From Callorhinchus milii (taxonomy: Eukaryota), in assembly GCF_018977255.1 (NCBI RefSeq), contig NW_024704742.1:6450001-6514000 (forward strand): 64,000 nt of DNA, read 5' to 3'. A program made the position numbers and the translations under genes. Under the pieces are notes generated by a model that ran no database searches, was not told where the DNA came from, and was given only the letters and a program-made list of their open reading frames with translations. Every line of letters starts with the position of its first letter. Position 1 is the stretch's first letter. This document shows positions 24,450-36,745 of the stretch, in pieces.

Positions 24450-24728
24450 CTCTACTATCACACACTCTAATGTACTCTCTTCCAACACACTCTAATGTAC
24501 CATTATTAACACACTCTGATGTCCTCACTACTAACACACTCTAATGTACTCGCTACTAACACACACTCTAATGTACTCTACTAACAAACATATTAATGTA
24601 CTCTCTAATACGAAACACACTAATGTACTCTTTAAAACGCATTCTAATGTACTCTCTAATAACAACGCACTAATGTACTTTCTATTTATAAACACTCCAC
24701 TAACTCTTTACTAACCGCACTCTAATGT
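24450..24728 (+). repeat. Degenerate minisatellite, ~22-27-bp unit, about 11 copies
   Basis: Core ACACACTCTAATGTACTCTCTACTA repeated. Confidence 0.9.
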
Positions 24729-26189
24729 GATCGCACACATCACAGGTTCCAGTTTTTACCTCCCCAAATAATTATTATATATAAATAATATACATATATA
24801 TTGATATATTTATTAGGAATTAGTTTGTGTTTAATGCTTATCTTATTTCAGTACTACTTCTTAAGAGTCTATTAGTAACAAAACAAATATTTTGAAATGG
24901 GCTATTTTATGAGGCAATACCAATTCTTTGCGAATGTTTTTCTTTAATCTCATCTCACGCACAAGAGAGTTACAGCCATGGTTTACTTTTATTAAGTGTA
25001 CTTTACTTATTGTTCTTTTTTTTAACACCCAGTTAATACCGCAATAGTCACATGATTTCTGTGCACAAATTAATAAGGCTAATCCCTGGGTTAGATTTGG
25101 TAGCAAACAACCATCTGGCATAAAGCCCCCAATCCCCTACCCCCTTCCTACGTAATTTCTACTCTGAAGCTGAACTGTATCTTATTACCTACACACCACA
25201 CAGGGGTCCAATTTGCAGCTTGTGCTAACCATGTAAAAAGCAGACGCAGCTTTTTGCATTCAGCGCCCGTCGCAACGGGCAGCACGTGGGAAACGTTCAC
25301 TATTAGTACGGGGGACGTACACCAGTTACAAAGCTGCTGTATCCATCTGTAATCCTCGGGGGCAAATGAATACCATCTCTTCCATCAGCAGCACAGCTTG
25401 TGCTTCTCTCAGACATCACCTCCTCCACTACGGCGGGTGTAGATTACATCACACGCAGTTTACAAGAACATATTGCCTGGGACTTGACACCGACCCGACT
25501 TATACAGCACCAGATGTGAGGGAGCTGCCGGCTATTTTTTATTTCCCCCCCCCCCTCCCCCGCCCACCACCTCCCTTCCCCCAGGCCGCAACGTTGGTCA
25601 GTTTCAGTGTTATTTCAGTCGGCTGTTAAGATGCATTCTTCCAATTTTTGGAGACTTTGAGCAATTCTGTGTTCTTCGGTTAAATTATGGGAGTGTGAGA
25701 ACTTTCCAGGCCATGTGGAAAATAAATTTGTTTCCCACATATTTCAGTGATGTCTATCAGCTGTCCCGGCCCGAGAGCAGGGAGATCGTGGTGGCAGATG
25801 ACTGGAGCAGTCAAGAGATCCTGTAGGCGATTGACTGGTAGCCACAGTGCACACAGGGCAACCCCTTCAATCGCATTCTCTGTCACATCGCTCGTGGAGT
25901 GCAAAGACTTCAAGTTTCCATGACTTTTTAATGAAGAAAATTGCCAAAACAAAATTTCCCCAATGTGATTTTGTTTTGTTTTTGAGGTTTAGCCTTGCCC
26001 GTTTGTTTTCGACATACGAAAGCCTGTGAATAAATCATTTTCATGTCGTTCTTTTTGGAATCAAGGGGAAAACAGTGGGGCAGAGGGAGGAACAGAGTGT
26101 GAGCAGCTTTCGATTGAATTTGAATCTCGCACGACAACCGGTTGTTATATAAGCTCTCTGAGATCCTACCCCGTATAGAGGGCGCTATA

Positions 26190-26505
26190 CAATAATAATA
26201 ATAATAATCCTTGCATTTGATATAGTGCTTTTCATATCTTCTAGACATCTCAAAGCGCTTCACAGAATACACTCACATTCACAGAATGTAAAGTGAATTG
26301 ACTGTATATTTGAGGGCGAAACGCGGCAGCCGATTGCACACAGCAGTGTCCCACAAACAGTCATGGAATGAAGTTACCAATTTATTATTTTTTTTTGAGG
26401 GATTATTATCAGGCGCGTGGAGTAAGGAAACTTGCTCAAGGTTTCGCCCTGACCTGCCGGGAATCGAACCCAGGTCTCTCACTTGCGAGGCGAGTACTCT
26501 AACCG
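26190..26505 (-). mobile_element. Young SINE, short subfamily, tail-to-tail with an L2 tail at ~26150-26190
   Basis: Lacks the central insert (GATTATTATCAGGCGCGTGGAGT); tail variant GAAAAGCAC. Confidence 0.9.
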
Positions 26506-26995
26506 CAAGTTGTCGTTGTTGTCTATTTGATTCGTAATGTTACAGCTTAATTCGGTGATGAAGGGATGTAATTGATGTTTCTTCGGAACAAAAACATTAG
26601 AGGTTTTGTTATCCATGAGAACTTTGCTTCAGAAGTAGAACACATCGCAGTGTAGTTGCCATGGGTCATTGTGAGTAGAGAGTTAATTATCTGCACTAAC
26701 TGGGACCACGACATTGCAGATAAGCAGACATGGCGGAAATCAGACATCACACAAAAGTAGATTGGCAACTGCGTTAACAGAAAAATGTTCTATCAGGAGT
26801 TACAGCGTTACTAAGTTCCATATTGTGCCGGCTTTCTTTGTCTCTTCCATGTTCCCGCTGACTACCTCTCTCGCCGACCCTTTCACTTTCACTCTGCCTT
26901 TTTTTTTGCTGAGCATCTCTGTCTCTGCGAGTCTCTCTGCTTGTTTGTCTCTGTGCCGCTCTCTCCGTTTGTCTCCCTAACTTTTTCCTATCTCT

Positions 26996-27141
26996 GCAAC
27001 ATCATGGCAATAGCAATGCGAATGCCATGCCCGAAACCTACCTTGTTCCGTGAGATGCTTCAAGGAACATTAACAAATGAAACCAGATGTCTTAACTGTG
27101 AAACTGTAAGTAGCAAAGATGAAGACTTTTCAGACCTTTCT
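26996..27141 (+). pseudogene. USP46: USP46/USP12-like deubiquitinase fragment, probably a processed retrocopy
   Basis: [27 protein letters not shown] matches recalled vertebrate USP46 (..[29 protein letters not shown]..); upstream TWVHEIF is decayed to TLFREML with an apparent frameshift; homology stops abruptly on both sides. Confidence 0.8.
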
Positions 27142-28157
27142 AATCCTAATCCTTACTGTATAATGCAAACATTCTGAAGGCTTAGCTTCCTTACTGGCCA
27201 AAAACAACCCTGTCGGCGGGTACACGTAAAGTTGCCCGTAAGCTTATTTGACTCACATACCTAACACATGTGCGCAAAAGTTTTTTTTAGTCAGTGTCTC
27301 CTGCTTAGGTGGTCTGTATAGTTAAGGGGACATGTGACATAGCTCATCTCTGTAATACTGGGGATCAACCTTGATGCTCTCCTCTTCCCTGCCTCTTGGG
27401 CCTCTTATGTCACAAAAGTTTGGTTCAGGCTCGCTCTGAAAGATCTCAGTATGTGTAAAACAAATGCTACTTTTTGAAGTTACTATTTAGAGCGCTACTA
27501 TCCATTCCCTGGGGATCTTTGTGATTTACAACCAAATCATTAAAATTAAAATTGTAGACTGGTTCAATTTCTCTCATTGCTTCAATCTAGTTATTGTACT
27601 GTGTGACAAGTGATTCTTTGTTTACTGAATGAATCGATAACTGATAGCTTGGCTCCTAAATCATCCATAAAGTATATTAGGGGATGTCTCACTGGAGACC
27701 GTGCTTTACAGCAGGTCTTTTGTGTTTGTGAAAGGCTTATAACTCATGAACACTGGAGGTACAAGATATCCTTTATATTTCCAGAACACGAGTCTCCAGA
27801 CAGGTTCTCAAACATGTTATTAATTGAATTCTGAGCATTGCTGCTGACTGTTGCATAACCTGAATTATTAATGGCAACACTTTAATGTTCTGAAAAGTCG
27901 CGGTATGCTTCGTAAAATTCTACTGTTCAATCCAAGGGTTGCCATAACGTACATGGATTGAGGTCCGCAATGAGCTCCAAGGTCAGGATAAAAAGAAGGG
28001 GGTCACAGGAATCACTATATTCTTCTGGACAACACAACAACAACAAATAACATTTGTTTCTTCACGCCGGGAGCACCTCAAGAAAAACAACGGATTCCAA
28101 TACAGACAACCATCCATGAAATAACAACTTACACTTATTATAGTGCCCTTCACACAT

Positions 28158-28545
28158 GATAATAATAATAATCATTGGATTTGATATAATGCCTTATCAC
28201 ATCTTTGAGACTTCTCAAAGCGCTTCACAGAATATACTGTAAAGTGAATTGACTGTATATTTTGTGGGCTAAACGCGGCAGCCAATTGCGCACAGCACGT
28301 CCCACAAACAGTCGTGGATTGAGTGACCTATTTATTATTATTATTATGGTTTTTTTGCAAGGAATTCTTCCCCCCAGAAATGCAATCTACCAATCGACTG
28401 ACAATCAGGTTCCTACTTACTGCTTGGTAAACAGAGGTGTGTGGAGTAAGAAAACTTGCCCAAAATTTGGCCCCACCGGGAATTGAACCCAGATCCGCTC
28501 TCTTGCGAGGCGAGAGTTCTATCCACTAAGCTGCAGGACACCACT
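28158..28545 (-). mobile_element. Young SINE, long subfamily, full length
   Basis: Tail, central insert and head on minus. Confidence 0.9.
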
Positions 28546-29164
28546 GTAGCAAAGGTAAGATATTTTTAATAACCCACATGTTATCTGCATCATGTTGAAA
28601 AACCTCAAAAGAGAATAAGGTGGTACTAGCTTCAGTTAACACTGCAAGGTTTCCGCTAGTACCTGTAAAGGCTTACCTTGGGACATCAAATTTTCACTGG
28701 TTTCTTTCTTGACTGAAAACTTTAGGAATGATCAATCATTTCATCCGAGGACAAGGCCCATGGCTGAAGGCAGAATGGAGAAAACCTTGTTATGGTAATT
28801 GTGGCATGTTGAACCAAGTAACTTTATCTTTGCAAGGAACTACAGTTGACTATTGCAAGTTAACTATTGTACCACATGATTGAGTTCCATAGCGGAATTA
28901 TCATTTTGTTCTGAGCACCAAAATAAATGTTCCTCAAAAATTTGCCATCATTAAAAGGTAGTATTACGTTACAGAATTGTGTGTAAAAAAAAGCAGGTAC
29001 AAATGAAAAGTAATGATATTTCCAGCCCAGTGCATACACTAAAGAATGATTGTTGGAGTGTTCAATCATATATTCTACAGCACACCAAGCCCTCAAACCA
29101 CTCAGCAAAAGAACTCTTAAATTCTTGCTTCAGAAATTATGATAATAATAGTACTTGCAGTTTA

Positions 29165-30263
29165 TAAAGGACCTATAACATCCAAAGCACAGACCAGGAG
29201 GTCAAAATCCTTGATGTAGGCTTGAACATTAAACCCTCTGACCCAGCACAAGAATTCTACCAGCTGAGTAATGCTGACAGCTAAATTATTATTTTATTTA
29301 ACTCCACTCAGCAACAAACTATCACATGGGTTTCCAAACATGTACCATTCCCCAGCCTTAACTTCCGAATAATGGAGGCAGCAAAAACCAACTGAAAAAC
29401 CCAAATTATCTTACACTGATTATATCCAGTATAATTTACAGCACATTAGGAGGTCCACCATTGTTTATAAGTATATAATAATCCTTGCATTTGATATAGT
29501 ACCTTATCATGTCTTCCGAGACATCTCAAAGCGCTTCACAGAATATACTGTAAAGTGAATTGACTGTATATTTTGTGCGGGAAACAAAAAATGTTTGTTT
29601 CTGGTGATTCTATCGAAGAGCAATCCATTTTGTCCCAACGCTTCTGCTTTTGCCCCATAGCCTTTTATATTTATTCTTTGAGATCCAAAGAGCACAATTC
29701 CCTCTGGGATGACCGCACTGAATGTCCCAGTTGTTATTTTCTCAACACTCTATGTGTAGAAAACTATTTTATTCTCAGCTCAGAAATTACAAATCAAACA
29801 ATCCAACTAAAAACTCTTTAGTCAGTTTTCCTTGCTTCCTGCTTCCTACCTCCTGATCCCCTTTCATTGGTCCCAGTTAATTGGACTTTATTTTCTCAAA
29901 GTGTATCCAACACCAGTGGGAATATAAATGGACAAGGATTGACCCAACCTAAAGAGTGATTAAAAGCTTTGAGAGAGGCAACCTACGACTGTCTTCATGT
30001 TACCAGCCAAAGAGCAACATGAAGCTAAACAGAAGCTACTCCGTGATTGTGCCTCATCCAGGTCTCTAATGATTAATAAAAGTCAAATGGCTTTAAGTAA
30101 AATAAAATTAGAATTTATTAAGCTGTCAGCATTGCTCAGCTGGTAGAATTCTTGTGCTGGATCAGAGGGTTTTACATTCAAGCCTTCTTTTCAAGCCTTC
30201 TTTAGCCGTTCTTTACATCAAAGACTTTGACCTCATAGTCTGTGCTTTGGATATTAAAGGCCC
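29165..30263. repeat. Inverted pair of ~135-165-bp arms (29165-29300 and 30097-30263) built from a decayed DeuSINE head
   Basis: CCAGCACAAGAATTCTACCAGCTGAGTAATGCTGACAGCT versus AGCTGTCAGCATTGCTCAGCTGGTAGAATTCTTGTGCTGG. Confidence 0.85.
29476..29585 (-). mobile_element. Young SINE 3' fragment
   Basis: ATAATAATCCTTGCATTTGATATAG...GAATTGACTGTATATTTTGTG. Confidence 0.9.
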
Positions 30264-30554
30264 TTTGTCTCAAGGGTTGGATGGCAGTTTCTATCTAGTT
30301 TCAGGTGCATGAGAATGGAAGTAGTGAGGAGATGATTTCAGGTGACATGGGTCTCGGCACCATTGGGGAAGCGGCAATATTGGAAAAGATGGGGTGGTGG
30401 GCTTCACCGTCATGGCCTGTCAATAATTACAATAATTATTTATTACTTTTAGCTTTTTATCAGGATTTTTTGGATGGATATGATAATTGTTACATCATAT
30501 GTTGCATTCCCCTCTTTTCCCCCATTGCAAATCAGACCCCAACTACTCTAATCA

Positions 30555-30865
30555 TCATGAGACATCAAATATTTTGGAGTAGACACTTCTACAGTTTGGA
30601 ATAAAATGGAAAACATTCCCTCTCGATGGTCACCAGGGATGACTGGATGGCCTTGCCTTTTAGAAAGTAAAAGAATGCCCAAATAAAATTTGTCATTCAC
30701 TACATTACTGTTTGTAGGCACATTGCTGTGTGCAAATGGGCTGCTGTGCTTGTCTACAAATACACTGTCACTATGCTTCACAGTAAAGTTATGTGACGTG
30801 CTTTGAAAGACCTTGACAATGTGATAAAGCACCATATCATATTCCAGACTTATGTTATTATTTAT
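30555..30865 (+). mobile_element. Old DeuSINE 3' half
   Basis: GTCATTCAC..CTGTTTGTAGGCACATTGCTGTGTGCAAATGGGCTGC. Confidence 0.6.
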
Positions 30866-31213
30866 AATAGGTAGTGTGTTTTTTATTCCCCTGTAGGTAG
30901 CTTGCAAGCATGACCCTGCTTTTGGCAGGTGAGAGACATTTTTCCATACATCATAAATAAGTCTGAGATAATAACATTTATCAACAGTATTCAAGGTTGG
31001 TCCTTTGATAAAATGAGGTCAAAAAGGTTGTCTTCTGCTCTCAAAATAAGAATGAGAACAATTTGCTTCCTGATTTACTACAGATATTGGAAAAAAATTT
31101 GTGTCTTCAATCACTGGTGATGGATTCACCTTTAGATCAGGGCTGTTAGACTGAGAGTTAGAGAGTTCACCTCCAGGATCTCAACTGTGATAGAAACCAA
31201 TACGCATTTATAT

Positions 31214-32005
31214 ACGACTGTTTGTGGGACACTGCTGTGCGTAATTGACTGCCGTGTTTCACCCACAAAATAAACAGTCACTCCACTTTACAATATATTC
31301 TTGGAAGTGCTTTGAGACACTCGAAGACGTAATAATAATATAATAATAATCTTTGCATTTGATAGAACACCTTATCACATCTTTGAGACGTCTCAAAGGG
31401 CTTCACAGAATATACTGTGAAGTGTAGTAAGCGTATATTTTTGGGCGAAACGCGGGAGACAATTACACATAGCAGTCCCACAAACAGTTGTGGATTGAGT
31501 GACCAATTTATTATTATTACTACAGTCACCTTCCCCTGACTCAATGTCGGGCTCTACCACCGTTAAGCACTCCAAGACGCTACCCTGCATGAATGGCGCT
31601 CTACAAATGCAAGTTGTTATTGTTGTGACTGATAATAATAATCCTTGCATTTGATATAGCACCATATCACGTCTTCGAGACGTGTCAAAGTGCTTCACAG
31701 AATATAAAGTAAAGTGAATTGACTGTATATTTTGTGGGCGAAAGGAGGCAGCCAATTGCACACAGCAGCGTCCCACAAACAGTCGTGGATTGAGTGACCA
31801 ATTTATTACTATTTTTTTTCAAGGTATTATTACTGCCAGAAAAGCGATCCACCAATCAACTAACGATTGGGTTCTTACTTACTGCTGGGTTAACAGAGTC
31901 GTGTGGAGTAAGGAAACTCGCCCAACATTTCACCCTGCCGGGAATCGAACCCAGGTCTCTCTCTTGCGAGGCGAGTGCTCTAACCACTGAGATACCGGAC
32001 TCCAC
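31214..32005. mobile_element. Cluster: SINE 3' part (+, 31214-31330), SINE (-, 31331-31518), L2 tail (+, 31521-31625), full-length long SINE (-, 31633-32005)
   Basis: Direct matches to the window's SINE and L2 consensus; junctions are tail-to-tail. Confidence 0.9.
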
Positions 32006-32084
32006 GCCAGCTAAGTTTATCTTAAGCAACTCTTCAGCCTCAGAGTGTCCATGGGGCAATGGGGAAGAGATCAATATCAAGTCC

Positions 32085-32330
32085 TCTTTGCTTATCCTCT
32101 TTGACCGAGCCTTCAGCTCCCTCTCGACTCTCTTCCCCCTCCTCGCTCCCTCCCTTCCCTCCCCTCACCCTGACCATTTCCCCCCTCCTCGCTCCCTCCC
32201 TTCCCTCCCCTCACCCTGACCATTTCCCCCCAATGCTCGGGTCATGACCCAACTGTGCAGCGCCTTGGGACGTCCTCCTGACGTGAAAGGCGCTTTATAA
32301 ATGGAATCTTGTTGTTGTTGTTGTTGTTGT
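32085..32330 (+). mobile_element. Young L2 3' end with an internal ~45-bp tandem duplication
   Basis: CCCCCTCCTCGCTCCCTCCCTTCCCTCCCCTCACCCTGACCATTT x2; GGGACGTCCTCCTGACGTGAAAGGCGCTTTATAAATGG..(TTG)n. Confidence 0.92.
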
Positions 32331-32633
32331 TTATTTTTAAATTCAGAGCCATGTTCCTTTGCCTAGTCCTAGCGCACAGGAAGTTATATTAGAGCACTCC
32401 TTAAGTGTAGGGTACATACACAGTACACGGGAATAGTCAGCAGGGATGACCTGGAAACCGCTTTTCAACACCAGAGGTCTGTGTCACCAGATACACAGGA
32501 TGCCAGTGTTAAGTCAGGAATGTTACAGGACAATGCTCTATAAATAGCTCCCAGGGCATTGCCCTGTTAAATAGAAAGTCCTTAAAAATACATCTCTACA
32601 GTAGGATCAGCCTCCAGTCATTCTGCACTTGTA

Positions 32634-32925
32634 CAGGGCGAAATGTTGGGGAAGTTTCCTTACTCCACACGCCTATGTTTACCAAGCAGTAAATAAGGAC
32701 CCGGTTACTAGTCACATTTTCGAGGGTAATAATCCCTTAGCAAAATTAATAATAAATTGTTCACTCAATCCACGACTGTTGGCGGGACACTGCTGTGCAC
32801 AATTTGCTGCCGCGTTTCGCCCACAATATATACAGTCAATTCACTTTACAGTACGTTCTGTATGCGCTTTAGACGTCTCGAAGACGTGATAAGGCGCTAC
32901 ATCAAATGCAAGGATTATTATTATT
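32634..32925 (+). mobile_element. Young SINE, long subfamily, headless
   Basis: CAGGGCGAAATGTTGG..GCAGTAAATAAGGACCCGG..ATT tail. Confidence 0.9.
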
Positions 32926-34567
32926 GCATATTATTATAACATTGTAATACCAATACTTTGTGAGGATTTGGATGAGGTTAATCGTGCTCATAACACGTTA
33001 TTTCTCAGTACCACATCTTCTCTGGTAGTGTTAGCCGACTTTCTTTCAAACCTAATAAATTGTCAAGGCACTAAATTAAGTGAAATAACTGCGACTTTAT
33101 TAATTCTGCTTGCTGAGGCATTTCAGATTTTCTGCTACGAGAAGCACATTACGAATTGAAGTTATCTGCCAGATCAAGCGAGAAATGCAAAATAATTTTC
33201 TTGCATAGTGTGTGGAATCTTAATAGCACTGAATGTCTCAAACTCAAGCTGATTTAGCCAAAGTGAACAGTTCAAAGTTTATAGGGAAAACTGAAGGATC
33301 TGGTATGTATAACTGCAAAGTGGGGTGACGTTATTTGTTGTTTCTTAACCAATTCCTTGTGGTAATTAAACACAAGAAATACATCAAGTTTACCCCATAG
33401 TGTCAATGTAGCCAGTTTGGTCTTGTCACAGTGCCTAGTTTGCTTTACAAGAGCAGAGCTGAATACAGGCATGTTATTTGGAGGCAAGACCCCTCCTACT
33501 GTGCCGATAAACATTTTACAAACCATTTCTGTTGTGTGCGTTATTTAGAAAAAAAACCTCTACCTCATTTAAACAATTATATATGTCAGTGGTTTACTTG
33601 CAAACACACTCCTCTGCCAAATATTCCCAATTGGGTACAGATGCATGGGGTAGAAATTCATCTTAAAGCATTGTATCTTTTCTCCGTAGAAACGATGATC
33701 TGTTGTCTTACTCCTGCTTGTCTGCTAACTTCCTTACTGGATCCCCGAATGTAAATGGTCCCAGATGGGACGCACCATTTAATAAAGTACTTTATCGTAA
33801 AACTCTATCCTACTGTGTACCAGTTAATCCATAATTTGGATACCCAACACTCTGGATAATGTATTTTGCCTGGGACTGTTTTGAAAGGGGCAACGTGCTT
33901 TGCATAATGTATTTTGTTCAACTGCATTTGCCAGTAGTTTTGAAACAAAAAACAATAAGTAAAATGCATGATAAAAAATATATCAAACCATCACTAGATA
34001 GTTCAGCCTATTATCCATTCAAGGATCCCCACACAAGGAAAGGAAAGCCATAACGGAAACAGCTCACCTTCATAGGCTATTATATATGGAGGGAAGATAT
34101 CCTGCTTACTTCTAAGTGTTACTTATAAAACAACAGGAGTTTCCCATTATAAATTCACGTTGGCAAAGACACAAGAGATAGCGGCAAGTGAATTTCGACT
34201 CTGGATCCAAATGGCAGCCCAGTCACAGGTTAGTTAGTTGATGCATTCTCCATATACAAGAACCTCCAGGGACTGGCTTTGTTACCTCCTAACGACTAAG
34301 TTCCCCGACTAACTTCCCTTCCAATCCCTGTCTGTAAGGTACACCAGATGTGCACGGAAACCTGGCTACAATTAAGTCAGCAGGCGACCAGGAAAAGGTA
34401 AACTCTTACACTGCCAATGTTACCGGCTGAAATTCTCAGCGACTCTGCAGCACTCCCTCTCCCACCGCTCCCACAGGTTAGATGCTGTGACACGTTGTAA
34501 GTAAGCTAAAAGTGCAATGAGTCTATTTAACCCTCGGAAAGATGGATGGAGCCGCGAGGGGAATGCG

Positions 34568-35596
34568 CATCATCCGCAGACATGGGGTTAACTTCCACAT
34601 GTATGCGGATGACACCCAACTCTACCTTTCCTCCTCTACCCTCAACTCCACGACCACCGATGTCCTGACAGCTGTCTGTCCGACATCGAGTCCTGGACGA
34701 GTGACAACTTTCTTCAGCTCAACGTGCGTAAAACCGAAGCCCTCCTGATTGGCTCACGTCAGCGCCTCCGCACCTCAGGCGCTGACACCATCAGCATCCA
34801 AGGCCGCACTCTCCACCTCTCAAAGCCATCAGGAACCTCGGGGTTCTGTTCGACCCTGAGCTGTCCTTTCTCCCTCATATCCGCGCCACAACTGGCACCG
34901 CCTTCCATCACCTCCGGAACATCGCCAGACTACGGCACTACCTCACCCCTCACGCTGCTGAAACTGTGGTCGACGCCTTTATCACCTCAAGGCTGGACTA
35001 TGGGAACTCTCTCCTCGCCGGCCTTCCCGCCACCTCCCTCCACACTGCAGGTCATTCAGAACTCTGCAGCTCGTGTACTGTCCCGCACCAGACACCGCGA
35101 CCACATCACTCCCACCCTCGCCTCCTCGCCTCCACTGGCTCCCCATCCCCCAGAGGATCGAATTCAAGATCCTCACCCTCACCTACAAGGCCATTCACGG
35201 CCTCGCTTCCTCCTACCTCTCCGACCTACTATCCCCCTACCTCTACCTGCCCGTACCCTCCGTTCCTCTGGCTCCGGTCTGCTCCACATCCCCCGCCCCA
35301 ACCGCCCTACCATCGGTGGCCGGGCCTTCAGCCTCTCAGCCCCGAGGCTCTGGAACTCTATCCCCCAGTGCCTTCGCCGCTTCCTCCCTTTCCTCCTTCA
35401 AGGCCGGTTTCAAGACCTTTCTCATTGACCGTGCCTTCAGCTCCCCTCTCGACTCTCTACCCCCTCCTCGCCCCCTTCCTTCCCTCCCCTCACCATTTCC
35501 GCCCAAGGCTCGGCTCCTGACCCAACTGTCCAACGCCTTGGGACGTCCTCCCGACGTGAAAGGCGCTCTATAAATGGAGTCTTGTTGTTGTTGTTG
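34568..35596 (+). mobile_element. Young L2 LINE, 5'-truncated (~1 kb), frameshifted RT C-terminus
   Basis: HGVNFHMYADDTQLYL, AFITSRLDYGNSLLAGLP, LQVIQNSAARVL and LHWLPIPQRIEFKILTLTYKA; stem-loop plus (GTT)n tail. Confidence 0.95.
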
Positions 35597-35865
35597 AATG
35601 GGGAAGGGAGGATGATGGAAGGCATGACCAAAGAGGAAGGTCATGAGGCGGATCTTGAATATGGCAAGGGAATGGGTGAGTCAAAGGGACTCCGAGATGG
35701 AGTTCCAGAGGGTGGGAGTAGAAAGGCTGAACGCCCAACTGCTAACGTTTAGGGCAGGCAGGGCGGGGGACATGGAGCAGGCCAGTCCCCGCTGAGTGGA
35801 GGGAGCTGGAAAGTTGCTAAGGCTTAATAGGTTGCAGAGGAAGCCCGTGGATAGTTTTAAAAGTG
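35597..35865 (-). mobile_element. Old L2 remnant directly abutting the young L2 tail
   Basis: Minus peptide SSWAFSLSTPTLWNSI resembles L2 GGRAFS..APTLWNS. Confidence 0.7.
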
Positions 35866-36431
35866 AAAGAGACAGACAAATACTGCTCACTTTCTGGTTT
35901 TCACATGTTAAAATTGGCCAAGGATTGACCAGGCCACATTCCTGCCAGGACACTGTCAATCATTGATGGCCTGGTTTCCATTTGTTTGCAAAAAATGGCC
36001 CTTGAAACCAATTTTCTGCCAATAAAGACTCACTTTCGAAACTGTTTTCGGCTCAAAATGGATGGTGGGAAGCTCAGAAATGAAAGATTGAAAGTTCTTA
36101 AAAATCCTTAAAATGCATGCAATTATTTTGGAGGAAAAATGCAGGAGTGGATAGGTTCAGTGTGGTAGGGGGCCAAAGTAAAATTAATGTTCAACTATAA
36201 AAATGCAACAGGGTATGGGAAACAAGTAAAAAGGGGTGGGGGGAAGAAACAAAGGCAAGGGCAAGAAGAATTTATAGTTCCATTTTTATTTCCAATTAAA
36301 ATTTCTGCTTTAATTCCATAGGGTTCATATTAACTTAAAAATATGACGTTTCAGTTTTATTTGATTTTATTTCCATATCACAGCATAAATGGAGAAAACT
36401 GCCTGGATTAGGGAGAAGATGCAATCCTTTT

Positions 36432-36745
36432 TGTGGAGTCCTGTAACTCAGTGGTTAGAGCACTCGCCTCATAAGCAAGACACCTGGGTTCGATTCCCAG
36501 TAGGTCGAAACCTTGGGCAAGTTTCCTTACTCCACACGCCTGATAATAATCCCTCAAGAAAAAGAAAAACAATAATAATTTGGTCACTTCTATCCACGAC
36601 TGTTTGTGGGACACTGCTGTGCGCAATTGGCTGCCGCAATTCGCACGCAGCAGTCAATTCACTTTACAGCAGATCGTGTGAAGCGCTTTGAGAAGTCTAG
36701 AAGACGTGAAAAGCGCTATATCAAATGCAAGAATTATTATATTAT
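36432..36745 (+). mobile_element. Young SINE, short subfamily, full length
   Basis: Head with A/B boxes; CACACGCCTGATAATAATCCCTC (no central insert); GAAAAGCGCT tail variant. Confidence 0.93.

Noticed and set aside
24450..24728. Possible CRISPR-like array
   Set aside because: Units are degenerate and adjacent with no unique spacers; eukaryotic context and no cas genes
34724..35573. Long ORFs (234, 184 and 166 aa) and the 249-aa ORF at 48686-49435
   Set aside because: 5'-truncated L2 RT C-terminal remnants, not host genes or autonomous elements
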